This document shows positions 1-20,029 of a DNA stretch of 64,000 bases, one piece after another (positions within the stretch are counted from its first letter, which is position 1; every line of letters starts with the position of its first letter). The stretch is from the human T2T-CHM13v2.0 reference genome, Homo sapiens, in the NCBI RefSeq assembly GCF_009914755.1, contig NC_060928.1. One strand, 5' to 3'. A program made the translations under genes and the position numbers. The notes beneath the pieces are model-generated. The model was not told where the DNA came from, made no database searches, and saw only the letters and a list, made by a program, of their open reading frames with translations.

Positions 1-225
1 AGGTGAGCTCTGGGGCCACGCCAGCTACAGAAAGGAGCCGAGTGCCGGGCTCCCTGAGTCCCTGCGTGGGTCAGGAGCGGCTGGGGGTCTCTCTGGTCAT
101 TGGTGGAGAGGAGGGCACCCCCAGGAAGTGCTGCCCAAATGGGGGACCCTGCCCCATCTGGGAGGGGCACCTGGGGGCCTCCTGGGGCAGGTTGGGCATT
201 GGTTGCGGCCATCTCTGCCTTGCAG

Positions 226-291
226 ACGCTCCATCCTCGGGAGATGACGAAGACGGGGAGGACGAGGCTGAGGACACAGGTGTGGACACAG
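226..291 (+). CDS. FGFR3: FGFR3 exon 4 (acid box DAPSSGDDEDGEDEAEDTGVDT)
   Basis: ttgcag|ACGCT...ACAG|gtagga; 66 nt. Confidence 0.97.
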
Positions 292-1604
292 GTAGGAGCA
301 GGGTCCAGGGTTCAGGCCAGCCGGGGTGGGGCCCGCTGCCACCGCCAAGCCCTGCCCTTCACAGGCAGCTGAGGGACTAAGGCCCCGGAACAACCTCCCT
401 GGGGTCACCCCGAAGGTCTGGTCCCCTCAGGATACAGGAGGGGCTGGGTCACTGACATGGCTCTAGATGCCCCACCCTGGTGGCAGGGCTGGGGTGCAAG
501 GGGACACCGTGTTGCTGATGGGGAGACTGAGGCACAGGGCCCTGGGGGTTCCAGGAGCAGGAGGAGGCCAGGGCTGGCCTGTGGGGCTCTGGTGTTGGCT
601 ATAGGTGAGGTGGACCCCGCAGACATTAGCGCAGCAGGGCAGGGCACTCAGGTGGCTGCCGTGGGGTGGATGGACCCGGGGTGAGGGCGCCGGGGCACCT
701 GCCACAACCAGTGGCGGGCAGGGTGGCTGGCAGGAGGGTGGCTGGTGGGTGGGCTGCGGCTGTGAGAGAGCAGTCGGGGACGATGCCTGGCGTCCCGGCC
801 TGGAACGGTGGCAGGTGGACTTTGCCAAGTTGTAGGGTGGGGAGGTGGGGCTTCTGGTTTTGGAGGGAGCTCTGAGGGGAGTGCGTGCAGGTGAGGGTCA
901 TCGTGGCACAGACATGGGGGGCAGTTACGACTTGCGGACTGATGGTGTGTGCGCTGGGTCCCTGGGCCAGTGGGGTAAGCAGGTGAGGAAGGGAGGCTGA
1001 GTCCATGAGAGAAACAGCTGGGGGAACTCACCCTGGGGGTCTCCAGGAGGCCTGGGAGGGAGCTCAGCACCGTGGGGTGCCTCTTTCCAGCCTGTGTCCA
1101 CACTGCTGCTTGCTGGGCCTCAGTGCCCCTGATGGGCGTGTGCCTGGAGGGGGCTGGCAGTGAGCTCACTGAGGGGAGGGCTGCTTCCCTCCTGGGGAAT
1201 GCCAGCCCATCCTTGCCTGGAGTCCCGGCAGGAAGGCAGCACCAGCCCTGAGGAAGGAGAAAAACCAGTTGGGCTGTGAGAGGGGTGGTGGGAGCCCTGG
1301 ACATCGAGATGGGAGGAGGCAGGGCCTCCAGGGTGCCACCGTCTCTGGGTGCCCGCCAGACTTGGAGCTCTGCAGAGGGTGGTGTAGGGTCTTGATTTCC
1401 GTGGGCCCATGCTGCCCAGCTGCCTCCAAGGCTCCTGGCTCTGCAGGCGACTGGGCTCCTCTCCTGGTAAACTGCTCCCAGGTCCTGGCTTGTCCACTAG
1501 ATGGGCCTGCCCCCTGGGTCTTCAGTCTCCCCGTTGGTGGGCCTGGCCCTGGCACGCCTCTCTGGGCAGGTGGGCTCCCCTGGACAATGCCCTGTGCCCT
1601 GTGA

Positions 1605-2291
<687 letters not shown>

Positions 2292-2294
2292 TGA

Positions 2295-2732
<438 letters not shown>

Positions 2733-3392
2733 TGAAGTCCCTGACATGGAGCTGCCCACGGGCTTCTTGGGGGTGGGTGCGGCTTGGGCAGCAGTGGTGC
2801 CCCAGGACAGGAGGGCAGTGTGGCCAAGCCCTCCAGGCCCCCTCTGGGCCTCAGAGGCGGTGGCTGAGCCCCGACCTGGCCGATTGGCTCTCGTCAGCTG
2901 TGTGCAGTGGGGCCCGAGCTCACTGTCTGCCCGCCTCCTGAAGCCCTTAGCTTTGTTCCCATGGCTGCCGGGTGGGGGCCACTGAATTGGGACGGTTGCG
3001 ACACTCAAAGCCCAAAGAGAAACATCTGTTCAGAGAGAAGACGGTCTCTTGGGGGCGGGGAGCAGGCGCAGGGCGAGGGTGGAGTCCAGACCCCGCCCAG
3101 AGAGGCCGCCTCGGGCCCTGTCCAGGGTACAGGTTCTGCAAGAGCCCGGGGGAGGGCAGGCCAGTGACCAGAGGTTGTCTGAGGGTCTGGGCTGGGTTGT
3201 TGGGGTGGAGGCAGAGACGTGCATCCTGTGAAACCACAGCCACCGTGAAGTGCCTCCACGCCTCCTCCAGGCAGCCTTTGGGGCTGACGCAGCCCAGCCT
3301 CGATCTGTACCTTGGGGGTCTCCCACATCCTGCCTCGTGCCCGGCGGGGCTGCCTCGGGGGCGTGCCTGAGCCGGGTCTCTTGTCCCCGCAG

Positions 3393-3543
3393 TCCTGGAT
3401 CAGTGAGAGTGTGGAGGCCGACGTGCGCCTCCGCCTGGCCAATGTGTCGGAGCGGGACGGGGGCGAGTACCTCTGTCGAGCCACCAATTTCATAGGCGTG
3501 GCCGAGAAGGCCTTTTGGCTGAGCGTTCACGGGCCCCGAGCAG
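3393..3543 (+). CDS. FGFR3: FGFR3 exon 8, IIIb alternative exon ([13 protein letters not shown]...SVHGPRA)
   Basis: ccgcag|TCCTGG...GAGCAG|gtaacg; 151 nt; same phases as IIIc. Confidence 0.97.
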
Positions 3544-4170
3544 GTAACGACTCTGTCCCATGCCGGCCGGCACAAGAGCTCCAGCTCCAAGGCCCTGGCC
3601 GCGCGCCCTGCACGCCCCGCACGCCCAGCCCTGCTCGCTCCCGCCCCGGCTCGCGCTCCACTCGGGGCCGCCTCGGCAAGGCTGGCAGCTCCAGCCTCCA
3701 CGGTGACCGCCCGCTTCGAGCCCTGTGGCCTGCGCCGACCCTTCCCGCACGCCTGCGACCCCCACAGGAGGTGCCCGGTGCCCACCGGGCCGGCTCCGTG
3801 CCGTCTGTGAGCACCCCTTTGCGCCTCTCTCCACCCCTGCCCGCTGCCTGCTCGCTTCCGCAGCCTGTGTGTCCCTGTGTCCATCCTCCACCTGCACCCG
3901 CCCGGCTCTGCGCTAACCCGCATGCTGCCTGCCCGCCTGCCGCTCACCTGGGACAGAGGACTCGCCGGTGGAGGGGCCTGGCTTCGGGCTCAGTACCGGT
4001 GTACCAGGCGGAGGGCCCTCAGCCGCGTGGCGGTGACCAAGTTGGCGATGGCTGAGGAGTTGGTGGTGGCGGCGTTTTCCTTGCAGCGGCTGGATCCTGC
4101 CGTGTGGACTCTGTGCGGTGCCCGCAGGGCGGTGCTGGCGCTCGCCTATCGCTCTGCTCTCTCTTTGTAG

Positions 4171-4315
4171 ACGGCGGGCGCTAACACCACCGACAAGGAG
4201 CTAGAGGTTCTCTCCTTGCACAACGTCACCTTTGAGGACGCCGGGGAGTACACCTGCCTGGCGGGCAATTCTATTGGGTTTTCTCATCACTCTGCGTGGC
4301 TGGTGGTGCTGCCAG
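4171..4315 (+). CDS. FGFR3: FGFR3 exon 9, IIIc alternative exon ([10 protein letters not shown]...WLVVLP)
   Basis: ttgtag|ACGGCG...GCCAG|gtaccg; 145 nt. Confidence 0.98.
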
Positions 4316-4808
4316 GTACCGGCTTCTGCTGCTGCTGCTGCTCCGCACTGTCTGGGGGACGCTGGCTCGGGACACGCCAAAGCTGCCAGGACGGACGGGA
4401 ATCCTGTGACTTACGGCCGTCCCGCTTCTTGAGCCCTCACTCCTGGCCCTGTGCCCAGTGTGGGGACAAAGTTGGCCTGGCCCGGTCCTGGTCCCAGAGG
4501 GGCCCCCTCAGCCCCCTCGAGCCCACTTCCCATCTGGGTCCCCAAAGGCCTCTCCTGTGGCTCTGGTGTCTCCCGGGCGCCTGGTGGCGGTGTGGGACTG
4601 GCTGGCTCTGCTGGGCTCCTTCTCTCCAGGGTCTGGCCCTCTAGACTCACTGGCGTTACTGACTGCGAGACCCTCCAGACAAGGCGCGTGCTGAGGTTCT
4701 GAGCCCCCTTCCGCTCCCAGTGGTGCCTGCGGCTCTGGGCCAGGGGCATCCATGGGAGCCCCGTGGGGGGGGGGGCCAGGCCAGGCCTCAACGCCCATGT
4801 CTTTGCAG

Positions 4809-4999
4809 CCGAGGAGGAGCTGGTGGAGGCTGACGAGGCGGGCAGTGTGTATGCAGGCATCCTCAGCTACGGGGTGGGCTTCTTCCTGTTCATCCTGGTG
4901 GTGGCGGCTGTGACGCTCTGCCGCCTGCGCAGCCCCCCCAAGAAAGGCCTGGGCTCCCCCACCGTGCACAAGATCTCCCGCTTCCCGCTCAAGCGACAG
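4809..4999 (+). CDS. FGFR3: FGFR3 exon 10 (transmembrane segment; G380 codon at 4871-4873)
   Basis: ttgcag|CCGAG...GACAG|gtaaca; 191 nt; [25 protein letters not shown]. Confidence 0.98.
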
Positions 5000-5293
5000 G
5001 TAACAGAAAGTAGATACCAGGTTCTGAGCTGCCTGCCCGCCAGGCCTCCTGGAGCCCCACCTCGGCCCACGCTGGTCCTGGGCTGTGTGAGCCCTCTCTG
5101 CAGCCAGGCGGGCTCCCCTCTCCTCGTCTCTGCTCACCATGTAGAGCCTAGGGTACTTTGGGGCACGAAACATTCTAAAAATCTTCATTCAATGCTGGTG
5201 GAAGTCAGAACGCCCCCCCTTCTGGCCCAGCACTGACCCCCGGCTGTACCTCCACGCCCTGTCGCCCACGCGGCGCCAACCTGCCCCTGCTGA

Positions 5294-5533
<240 letters not shown>

Positions 5534-5786
5534 TAGGGGCCGTCAGGGATGTGGCGGATGTTGGGTGTGGCTGGGGTTCTGTGGACATGCTCCTGGGACG
5601 GGTGTATGGCAGGGACTGCCCCTCTCAAGGTGCCCTGTCTGGAGGGGCAGCAAGGGCGGGAGGCTGTGGGTGACACTCTTCGTCCTTACGAGCAGGCTGT
5701 AGGGGGAGCATGGAGGGCTTCCTGGAGGTGGTGGCTCTGGGCCTCAAGGGCTGGGCCAGGCTGGGGTGGGGACCGTGGTGGGCTGA

Positions 5787-7764
<1,978 letters not shown>

Positions 7765-7862
7765 TGAGGGGTCCCTAGCAGCCCACCCTGCTGCTGGTGC
7801 ACAGCCACTCCCCGGCATGAGACTCAGTGCAGATGGAGAGACAGCTACACAGAGCTTTGGTC

Positions 7863-7896
7863 TGTGTGTGTGTGTGTGCGTGTGTGTGTGTGTGTG
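7863..7896 (+). repeat. (TG)8 CG (TG)8 microsatellite in the FGFR3 3'UTR
   Basis: Read directly. Confidence 0.95.
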
Positions 7897-8275
7897 CACA
7901 TCCGCGTGTGCCTGTGTGCGTGCGCATCTTGCCTCCAGGTGCAGAGGTACCCTGGGTGTCCCCGCTGCTGTGCAACGGTCTCCTGACTGGTGCTGCAGCA
8001 CCGAGGGGCCTTTGTTCTGGGGGGACCCAGTGCAGAATGTAAGTGGGCCCACCCGGTGGGACCCCCGTGGGGCAGGGAGCTGGGCCCGACATGGCTCCGG
8101 CCTCTGCCTTTGCACCACGGGACATCACAGGGTGGGCCTCGGCCCCTCCCACACCCAAAGCTGAGCCTGCAGGGAAGCCCCACATGTCCAGCACCTTGTG
8201 CCTGGGGTGTTAGTGGCACCGCCTCCCCACCTCCAGGCTTTCCCACTTCCCACCCTGCCCCTCAGAGACTGAAAT

Positions 8276-8283
8276 TACGGGTA
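8276..8283 (+). promoter_or_regulatory. miR-99/miR-100 8mer seed-match site (TACGGGTA) in the FGFR3 3'UTR
   Basis: Perfect complement of seed ACCCGUA plus A1. FGFR3 repression by miR-99a/100 is established. Confidence 0.85.
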
Positions 8284-9322
8284 CCTGAAGATGGGAGCCT
8301 TTACCTTTTATGCAAAAGGTTTATTCCGGAAACTAGTGTACATTTCTATAAATAGATGCTGTGTATATGGTATATATACATATATATATATAACATATAT
8401 GGAAGAGGAAAAGGCTGGTACAACGGAGGCCTGCGACCCTGGGGGCACAGGAGGCAGGCATGGCCCTGGGCGGGGCGTGGGGGGGCGTGGAGGGAGGCCC
8501 CAGGGGGTCTCACCCATGCAAGCAGAGGACCAGGGCTTTTTCTGGCACCGCAGTTTTGTTTTAAAACTGGACCTGTATATTTGTAAAGCTATTTATGGGC
8601 CCCTGGCACTCTTGTTCCCACACCCCAACACTTCCAGCATTTAGCTGGCCACATGGCGGAGAGTTTTAATTTTTAACTTATTGACAACCGAGAAGGTTTA
8701 TCCCGCCGATAGAGGGACGGCCAAGAATGTACGTCCAGCCTGCCCCGGAGCTGGAGGATCCCCTCCAAGCCTAAAAGGTTGTTAATAGTTGGAGGTGATT
8801 CCAGTGAAGATATTTTATTTCCTTTGTCCTTTTTCAGGAGAATTAGATTTCTATAGGATTTTTCTTTAGGAGATTTATTTTTTGGACTTCAAAGCAAGCT
8901 GGTATTTTCATACAAATTCTTCTAATTGCTGTGTGTCCCAGGCAGGGAGACGGTTTCCAGGGAGGGGCCGGCCCTGTGTGCAGGTTCCGATGTTATTAGA
9001 TGTTACAAGTTTATATATATCTATATATATAATTTATTGAGTTTTTACAAGATGTATTTGTTGTAGACTTAACACTTCTTACGCAATGCTTCTAGAGTTT
9101 TATAGCCTGGACTGCTACCTTTCAAAGCTTGGAGGGAAGCCGTGAATTCAGTTGGTTCGTTCTGTACTGTTACTGGGCCCTGAGTCTGGGCAGCTGTCCC
9201 TTGCTTGCCTGCAGGGCCATGGCTCAGGGTGGTCTCTTCTTGGGGCCCAGTGCATGGTGGCCAGAGGTGTCACCCAAACCGGCAGGTGCGATTTTGTTAA
9301 CCCAGCGACGAACTTTCCGAAA

Positions 9323-9328
9323 AATAAA
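9323..9328 (+). terminator. FGFR3: FGFR3 polyadenylation signal AATAAA (cleavage about 9345-9350)
   Basis: AATAAA followed about 25 nt later by a GU/U-rich ctgtgctttctgt element. Confidence 0.9.
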
Positions 9329-9969
9329 GACACCTGGTTGCTAACCTGGCCCTGTGCTTTCTGTCTCCAGTTCTGGGATAGGGGAGGGAGGGGTCACTTT
9401 GCCAGGTGGTCCCAGTTGCGCGGGATGGATGCTGGCAGCAGCACCGAAAGTCACTGGTGGGCTGGGAGCCCCAAGAGCAAGGAATGTTTATGGGAGGGGC
9501 CTGGCGGAAGGGAGCAGGGTGCCTGGGGGTGCACTGCCCTGGCTGCTCCCAGCTTGTGGGTTCCTGAGGTGGTGGTGGTGGTGGGGAGGGTCCTTTCTCA
9601 CTAGCTCTGAGGCAGACCTTCTCTCATCACCCCACTCCTGGCATCCGCCTTCCCAGTCAGCTGGGGAGCTTTCTGGGCATCCCTCTATGGAGCCAAAAGC
9701 AAGCAAAGCCCTCATGGGGCCCTGGGGGCTACACAGGCGGTCACTCTCCTCCAGATCAGCTCTCTGCCCTCCCAGGCCGGGCAACCAGTGCCCCCACTGC
9801 CTTGGGCTCCATCAGGGTCCCCTACAGTGATAAAGCACCTTTGGGCAGATGAGGTGCTGAGAACCCAGAGATGGAACCAGGCCCTTGCCCAAGTTCATAG
9901 CCCTAGCAGGGTGGGAGGACAACATGGTGAGAGCAAGTCTGGGAAGGCTTCCTGGAGGAGGTGTGCCGT

Positions 9970-10162
9970 CTCTCCTGACTCCCCACCACCCTCTTTGCTG
10001 TCCTCCCTTCTGCTATCCTCCCTCTCTTGTCCTCCCGTTTTTCCCATCTCTGCTGTCCCCACCTCTGTCGTCCTCCTTCTGCTCTCCTCCCCCCATCCCC
10101 TCTGCTCTCCCTACCTCTGCTGTCCCCTCTGCCGTCCTCCCTCTGCTCTCCTCCCCTCTGCT
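9970..10162 (+). repeat. Polypyrimidine low-complexity tract (degenerate CCTCTGCTGTC units)
   Basis: About 190 nt of mostly C/T in the FGFR3-LETM1 intergenic gap. Confidence 0.75.
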
Positions 10163-11976
10163 GGCTCAAGAGCAGGGTTTCCCAACCATGAGCTGCATGA
10201 ACTCTAGCTTCTAAAATGCTCTGGCTACAAACTCACCTTTCAGGTCAGGGGGTACTGCTGGCCCGTTTCCTGGGCAGGCAAGGGTTTAACTCAACCCCAT
10301 TCAGGGAAGCACGTGTGGGCGCAGGCCTGGTGGAAGTGGCCTTACAAGGGACTCTGCATCCCTAATGCCCCCACTTGCCCAGAAACCCTATGCTGGGCCC
10401 CAGAGGCAGGCCTGGCCATGGGACGCCTGGTGACAGTGGCAGGATGGGGAGGCCCACATGGGCCTGAAGGCTGAGGCCTGCAGGGCAGTGGGGGGACCAG
10501 GCCAACAGGCAGGCAGTGCCAGCATCCACACCAAGGCAGGCAGAGCATGGGGCTCGAAGCGCGGGCCGGGAGCGCCCCCTAGCGCTGGCTGGGCAGTGTC
10601 CCTGCTACAAACCCAAGGCCCCTCTCCTGTCAGGGCTCTGGTGGACCTCTGGTGGGCACAGTGGGATCCTGAATGGGTGCTGGGGACCAAAGGGCTGGGC
10701 CACCGGGAGAACAGTGGCCCATGAAGGTGCTGGTGGGCCAGCCCCCTCCTCCTCAGCGTGCTTCCTTAGCGACCCCAGATGGCAGGGCACAGTCCCTGAA
10801 GCTGCCCCACCAGGGGCTCCCTGGCTGCCTCCCCGTCCCATAAGGTGAGCCCATGAGAGACCCCAGCTGTCAGCACAACTGAACCTCCGCCATCAGGGTG
10901 CCCTCTAGTGGTTGGGTGTGCTCTAGGCTGGCAGGGTCCCCGCCCTTGCTGTCTGCTGATGGCTGAGGGGGACATGTCTCATGGGAGGCCCAGCTTCCAG
11001 GACACAACTGGTGGCTCCTGGGGTCACCAAGGGCACCTGGTTTGTTCACAGCTCTTTGGGCTGCTGTCCCCATGAGGGAGCACCTCCCACCCCAGCTGTG
11101 GGTCCATCATTTCCTCTGATTAATTAGGGCCTAGGGGTCAAGGGAGGCCCCGAGGGAGGACTCTCAGTGTGAACAAACCAGCAGCCAGGGCCGCAGAGAA
11201 GCCTGTGAGGTGCCCACAGGGCCTGGTCCCAGTGTGGGCAGAGCACCTAAGGGATGGCTTCTGTCCACTGAGAAGGGTCGGGAGCCAAGACACCACACTG
11301 CTATCCTGGCGCTGGAACCATCCACGCACTCCTGCAGCCAGGCCACGCTGAGGCAGGTAGGCACCCAGAGGTCCGGGCTGGGGGCTGCTCTCCATGGCCC
11401 CAGGCCATCACACATCCCTCAGGGCGTCTGGGCCCTGCCTGTGGGCTGGACTGCAGGCTGAAGGCCCTGCCTCATCCAGGACTCCCTAGGGCAGTACTCG
11501 GTGCTCTTTCCCCTCAGCGGCCTGAGGAGTCTTTCAGAAGAGCTGGCCCTCCTGGGTGACACCTCGGCGAGGGTCCCAGCCCCTAACCCCAGGACTCCCA
11601 AGAAGTCACTGAGGTCCCCAGAGCAGGGAGAGCATGACCAGGTGGCAGGGCCACTGGCCTGGAGAACGTCCCACACTGTTCCATGAGCAGCTCACGCTGT
11701 CACAGGACCTGGGGACGTGGGTCTCCTGACCCTGCAGGCCCATCCTGCAGAGCAGGAAGCGTGAAGCCAAGGGCTGAACCCATGGAGGGCAGCCCAGCAC
11801 TCAAACCCCCAGGGATGGTGAGGCTCCTTCTGGAACTGGCCTCACAGCCACACGCGCCCCAAGGCCCAGCCCCTGCAGCCACGTGGACAGCTCTGCCGGC
11901 TTCCACTCGCTCCTGTGTGCCCAACGGTTCAGAAATATTATTACTCTGCACTGTTACAGGAACACAGATTTGATGT

Positions 11977-11982
11977 TTTAAT
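11977..11982 (-). terminator. LETM1: LETM1 distal poly(A) signal ATTAAA
   Basis: TTTAAT on +, in an AT-rich patch about 2.9 kb past the stop. Confidence 0.7.
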
Positions 11983-12067
11983 AAAAATACGATTTCTACA
12001 AAAGGTGCTTAACACGGCCCAGGACGGGCTGTCCGGTGGAGTCAGCCGTAGGACCCCTGAAGGATTT

Positions 12068-12180
12068 ACAAAGACAGAGCCGGCTCACCAGCACACTCCT
12101 GCCAGCACCGGGACCCACTGCGAACAAAGACAGAGCCGGCTCCCCAGCACGCTCCTGCTAGCCCTGGGACCCACTGTGAG
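12068..12180 (+). repeat. About 56-bp tandem duplication in the LETM1 distal 3'UTR
   Basis: acaaagacagagccggctc...gggacccactg twice. Confidence 0.85.
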
Positions 12181-12283
12181 CCACTGCGGGGTGTCCTTCA
12201 TTTAAAAAAAGTCTGGACTGTGACACTGCAGAAGGAGTCTGAAAGCCCAATTCCTGAATCCCTGCGTTAGAACTGAGAGTTCA

Positions 12284-13100
<817 letters not shown>

Positions 13101-14783
13101 TCAGGACATAGAGAAAAATGCACACAGAACGATGAGGGAGAATGACGAGGGAGAATGACGAGGGAGCAAGCCTGCATCAGAGCACGGCTGATGTCACGGA
13201 AGCCACCAAAGGCACCCACCAGAGCCTTCCCCACCTGCAAAGCCCCTGCAGCACCCGGAGGGCAAGCTGGCTTTTGGAGGCCATGCGGAGTCCAGGGCAG
13301 AGGGGACAGTGGGATGGGCTGCCTGTTGCAGTGGCTGTTCACGTCAACAGTGCTCAGCCAAGGCAGTGAGGACGAGGATGAGAGCCGGGGCAGCTGACTG
13401 GGCCCGCGATGCCGCTCACAGGAGAGGCGTCTGCACACACCTGGCAACTGCAAGACTTGTTCTCAAGGGTAAGTACACTTGGACAAACGAACACCAGGCT
13501 ACTTACACAGGGTGAGAGAATTCATAAATATTAGTTAAGGATCTAAAACAAACTTCTCAAATAACTGAAAGCTGAAAGCCTCTGGAAGCCAACTGTCCCT
13601 GCACAAAGGTTTACAATTGAGAAATATCTCCTGTTCCTATTTTGTCAAGTTTCTTTAATGGCTGAACAGAAAGAAGCTTCAAGTAATGGAGAAGGCATTG
13701 TCTGAGTGCAGCTGCTTTCCTGGACGCCTGTGCCGTTCCTGTCTTCCAAATCCTATGCTTGGAGGCCCCTGGAGGTACATTTTTGCCAGGAACCAACCTG
13801 ACCTTAAAAAGATGAGTGTGACACAGCCGGCTGGGCAGGAGGATGGAGGTGCCACAGGACACCACCTGCCCACGCCCTGGCCAGCCTGGCCATGCTGCCG
13901 AGTGCGGGGAGGCCACCCCACCCAGAGGGCACAGGGCAAACCCTAAGCACGGGGGTATTGCCCTTGAAGCCCCAGGGGATGCCCTGTGCCGGATCCTCAT
14001 GCCTCATTGACTAGCCTGCTTGCTGAAGGAGCCCAGGGGCCTGAGCCTGCAACACTGCAAGGGGTGAGAAGGGCATGCTGCTGTGGGCGCACTGGACTCA
14101 AACCTCACATTAGAAGCTACAAAGAACCCCAAATGCGCTTCAGAGCCCCACCAACCCCCAAGCCAGGCTCATCCCTGACACAGTGAATCCACTGCAGCCC
14201 CCGTGGGAAACTCTGTGCCAATTGACTGCTTAAAGAACTGGGGGAAATAGAAAGCCGAGAAAGAGCTCCGATACACAAGGGAAACCGCACGTGAGAACCA
14301 GCACTCCCAGCAGGGAGACGTCACTCTCCAGAGGCCACAGAGATGGCAGACACCTCTGTCTCCACAATGACCCACATCCAACTGAAAGTGTGCAGGAAGA
14401 CAGGTCTATTGACACTGAAATCTAGAAATCAAGGTCCACAGGCGAATGGAGGCATCTTCAGCCCTGAGGAGGCCAGGCTGTGTCTCCTGACGCCCCTGAG
14501 GGTGGGCACAGCAGCCAGCTCTGTGTGGGCGGAGTCCACGTGGTCCTCATTCTCTTCCCTGGGGACAGGGCAGCACAGTCAGATGCTGAGACTGAGGCCA
14601 CACACATGGGGGCGCCTTCCTGCCTTGGCCCGGCCCAGCTGCCTCTGGAGCCAGGAGGCCGTGGCAGCCACACCACAGTGTGGATCCAGACACGATTCTG
14701 TGGAGGGGTTCCGGGATTCCAGACAGACTGAATCTCCATGGAATGATGAAAATTAAAATTTACTTGATTATGGAAGTCTCTGA

Positions 14784-14789
14784 TTTATT
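14784..14789 (-). terminator. LETM1: LETM1 proximal poly(A) signal AATAAA
   Basis: TTTATT on +, about 110 nt after the stop, with U-rich sequence downstream on the - strand. Confidence 0.7.
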
Positions 14790-14898
14790 CCAGCCAAAAT
14801 ATTAGATGAGCCACTGAGAATCACCACAAAGCAATCGCCCTCACGGCCCTTGCCAGGGTGACGGCACAGCAGGAGGACAGGTGCCCAGGCCAGTGGTT

Positions 14899-15048
<150 letters not shown>

Positions 15049-15684
15049 CTACACACGTGGGAAAGGGAGAGGCTCAGGTGGCTGCGCCCTACAGCACAGT
15101 GAGGCAGAGGCGGGGCCAGCGCCGTCAGTCGCCCCAGCTGGGGTGGCAGCAGCATGCACGCAATCACTGCCTGCGGGCCCCAGGGTCCTCAGAGCACCAA
15201 TTCCCCCAAGGGGTGCCACAGACCCTGGGGAAGGGGCTCAGAGTGGGAGGACAAAGGAGCCAGGGGGCTGCCTTGACAGGTGGCAGACAGCACAATGGGG
15301 CTGCCAGGGTCAAGTTCCTGCTCTGGCCAGGAACCTGGGCCATGGCTTCCCAGGGCAGAGTGGGGTGACATGCAGGGACCTTGTCCCCACTCTGCCACCC
15401 AGACTAGCAGGGAAGGGAAGGGCAGCTGTGCAGTAGACACATGATCCTTGCTTCCAAACTGAACTGCAAGAAACCAGCCAACACTTCTGTTAGACGTCTG
15501 GAAAATCACTAACCTGATGCATGCACCGGGAGCCACGAGGCAGCTTCCCCTCAGAGATGTCAGTGATTGGGAAAATTGGTGTGCGCACTCAGGCTAGAGC
15601 CCTGCCTTCCCTCCAGAGACTGGATCCTGGGCCAGGGTCTCCGGGGCTACCCTGGAACCTGAGTGGCTGCACTTGGGAGCTCAG

Positions 15685-15842
15685 CCCAGCAGTCACCTCT
15701 CAGCCTTGGGGCGGTGCCCAAGCTGCCCCGCGGCTCCCCTGTGTAGTTGCCTCTCAGCTTTGGGGGCCCCCGGCAGGTGTGAAGTGCCCCCAGGCTCCCT
15801 GTGCAGTCGCCCCTCAGCGTCGGGGGCCCCTGAGAGGTGTTT
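15685..15842 (+). repeat. Degenerate minisatellite, about 55-60 bp unit, about 3 copies, LETM1 intron 13
   Basis: Recurrent agt(c/t)(a/g)cc(t/c)ctcagc..gggg and ggctccc..gtg units. Confidence 0.6.
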
Positions 15843-15958
15843 GCTGCACCCCCCCGGCTCCCCAGTGCCACCAGCTGGGGGCGGGGTCCAGGGACATGCG
15901 TAGCCACTAGGTGCGTTTTCTCTCTCAACACTTGAGTTGTAACTTCAATAATTTCTCA

Positions 15959-16774
<816 letters not shown>

Positions 16775-17199
16775 TCACAAAACGGCAGCTCCCTCAGCCA
16801 CTGCTGCGCAGGAATCTGGGACATGTCGGGCACAGAGAAGGCCGACTGCCCGAGCTGGTGTCATTACTGAGCGTGGGTGGGGTCAGGAAGAGGGAGAGGC
16901 AAGAGAGAGCCTGGTAATTAGAGGAAACAGAAGCCAACAGAGGTGGAGGTTGGAGCGGGAGGAGAGGGGGCTGTGGGAAGAGGAAGAGGGGCCAGGAAGG
17001 GACGAACTGCTCTCGGAGAGGCAGAGACTGACATGCCAGAGGGTTCCTGGCTGGGACTGCTGGTCAAAGGTGGAGAGGCAGCCAGGCAGAGGCTACAATG
17101 TGCCCTTTGGAGCCAGAAGGGCCCAGCTCGGATCCAGCAAAGGGACCAGCCTCCCTATGTGAGTCTCCGATCCCTCTCCCGCGCCCACCACCCCACTCA

Positions 17200-17388
<189 letters not shown>

Positions 17389-17437
17389 CTAATAAAATTA
17401 TTTTGGTTGTAAAAAGTTTGTCTTAAAAGAAAAAGGG

Positions 17438-19613
<2,176 letters not shown>

Positions 19614-19735
19614 TTACAGAGGATTGGTCCAGCCGGAATGGCTGTGGAAAGGTTACTGAATAAGGTTTATTTATAACGTGCTTTCCTCTCCAAATACTCT
19701 TTGGCCAGCTTATCAAGTATCTGACGGAAGTATTA

Positions 19736-20029
<294 letters not shown>

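Noticed and set aside
3544-4170. FGFR2-style long-range stem between IIIb and IIIc
   Set aside because: Only a weak 10-nt imperfect complement (ggtgaccgcc at about 3702 with ggcggtgacc at about 4029), which is not distinguishable from chance in GC-rich DNA.
4326-4775. (CTG)5 after the IIIc donor and a G11 run before exon 10
   Set aside because: Too short to be notable; ordinary simple repeats.
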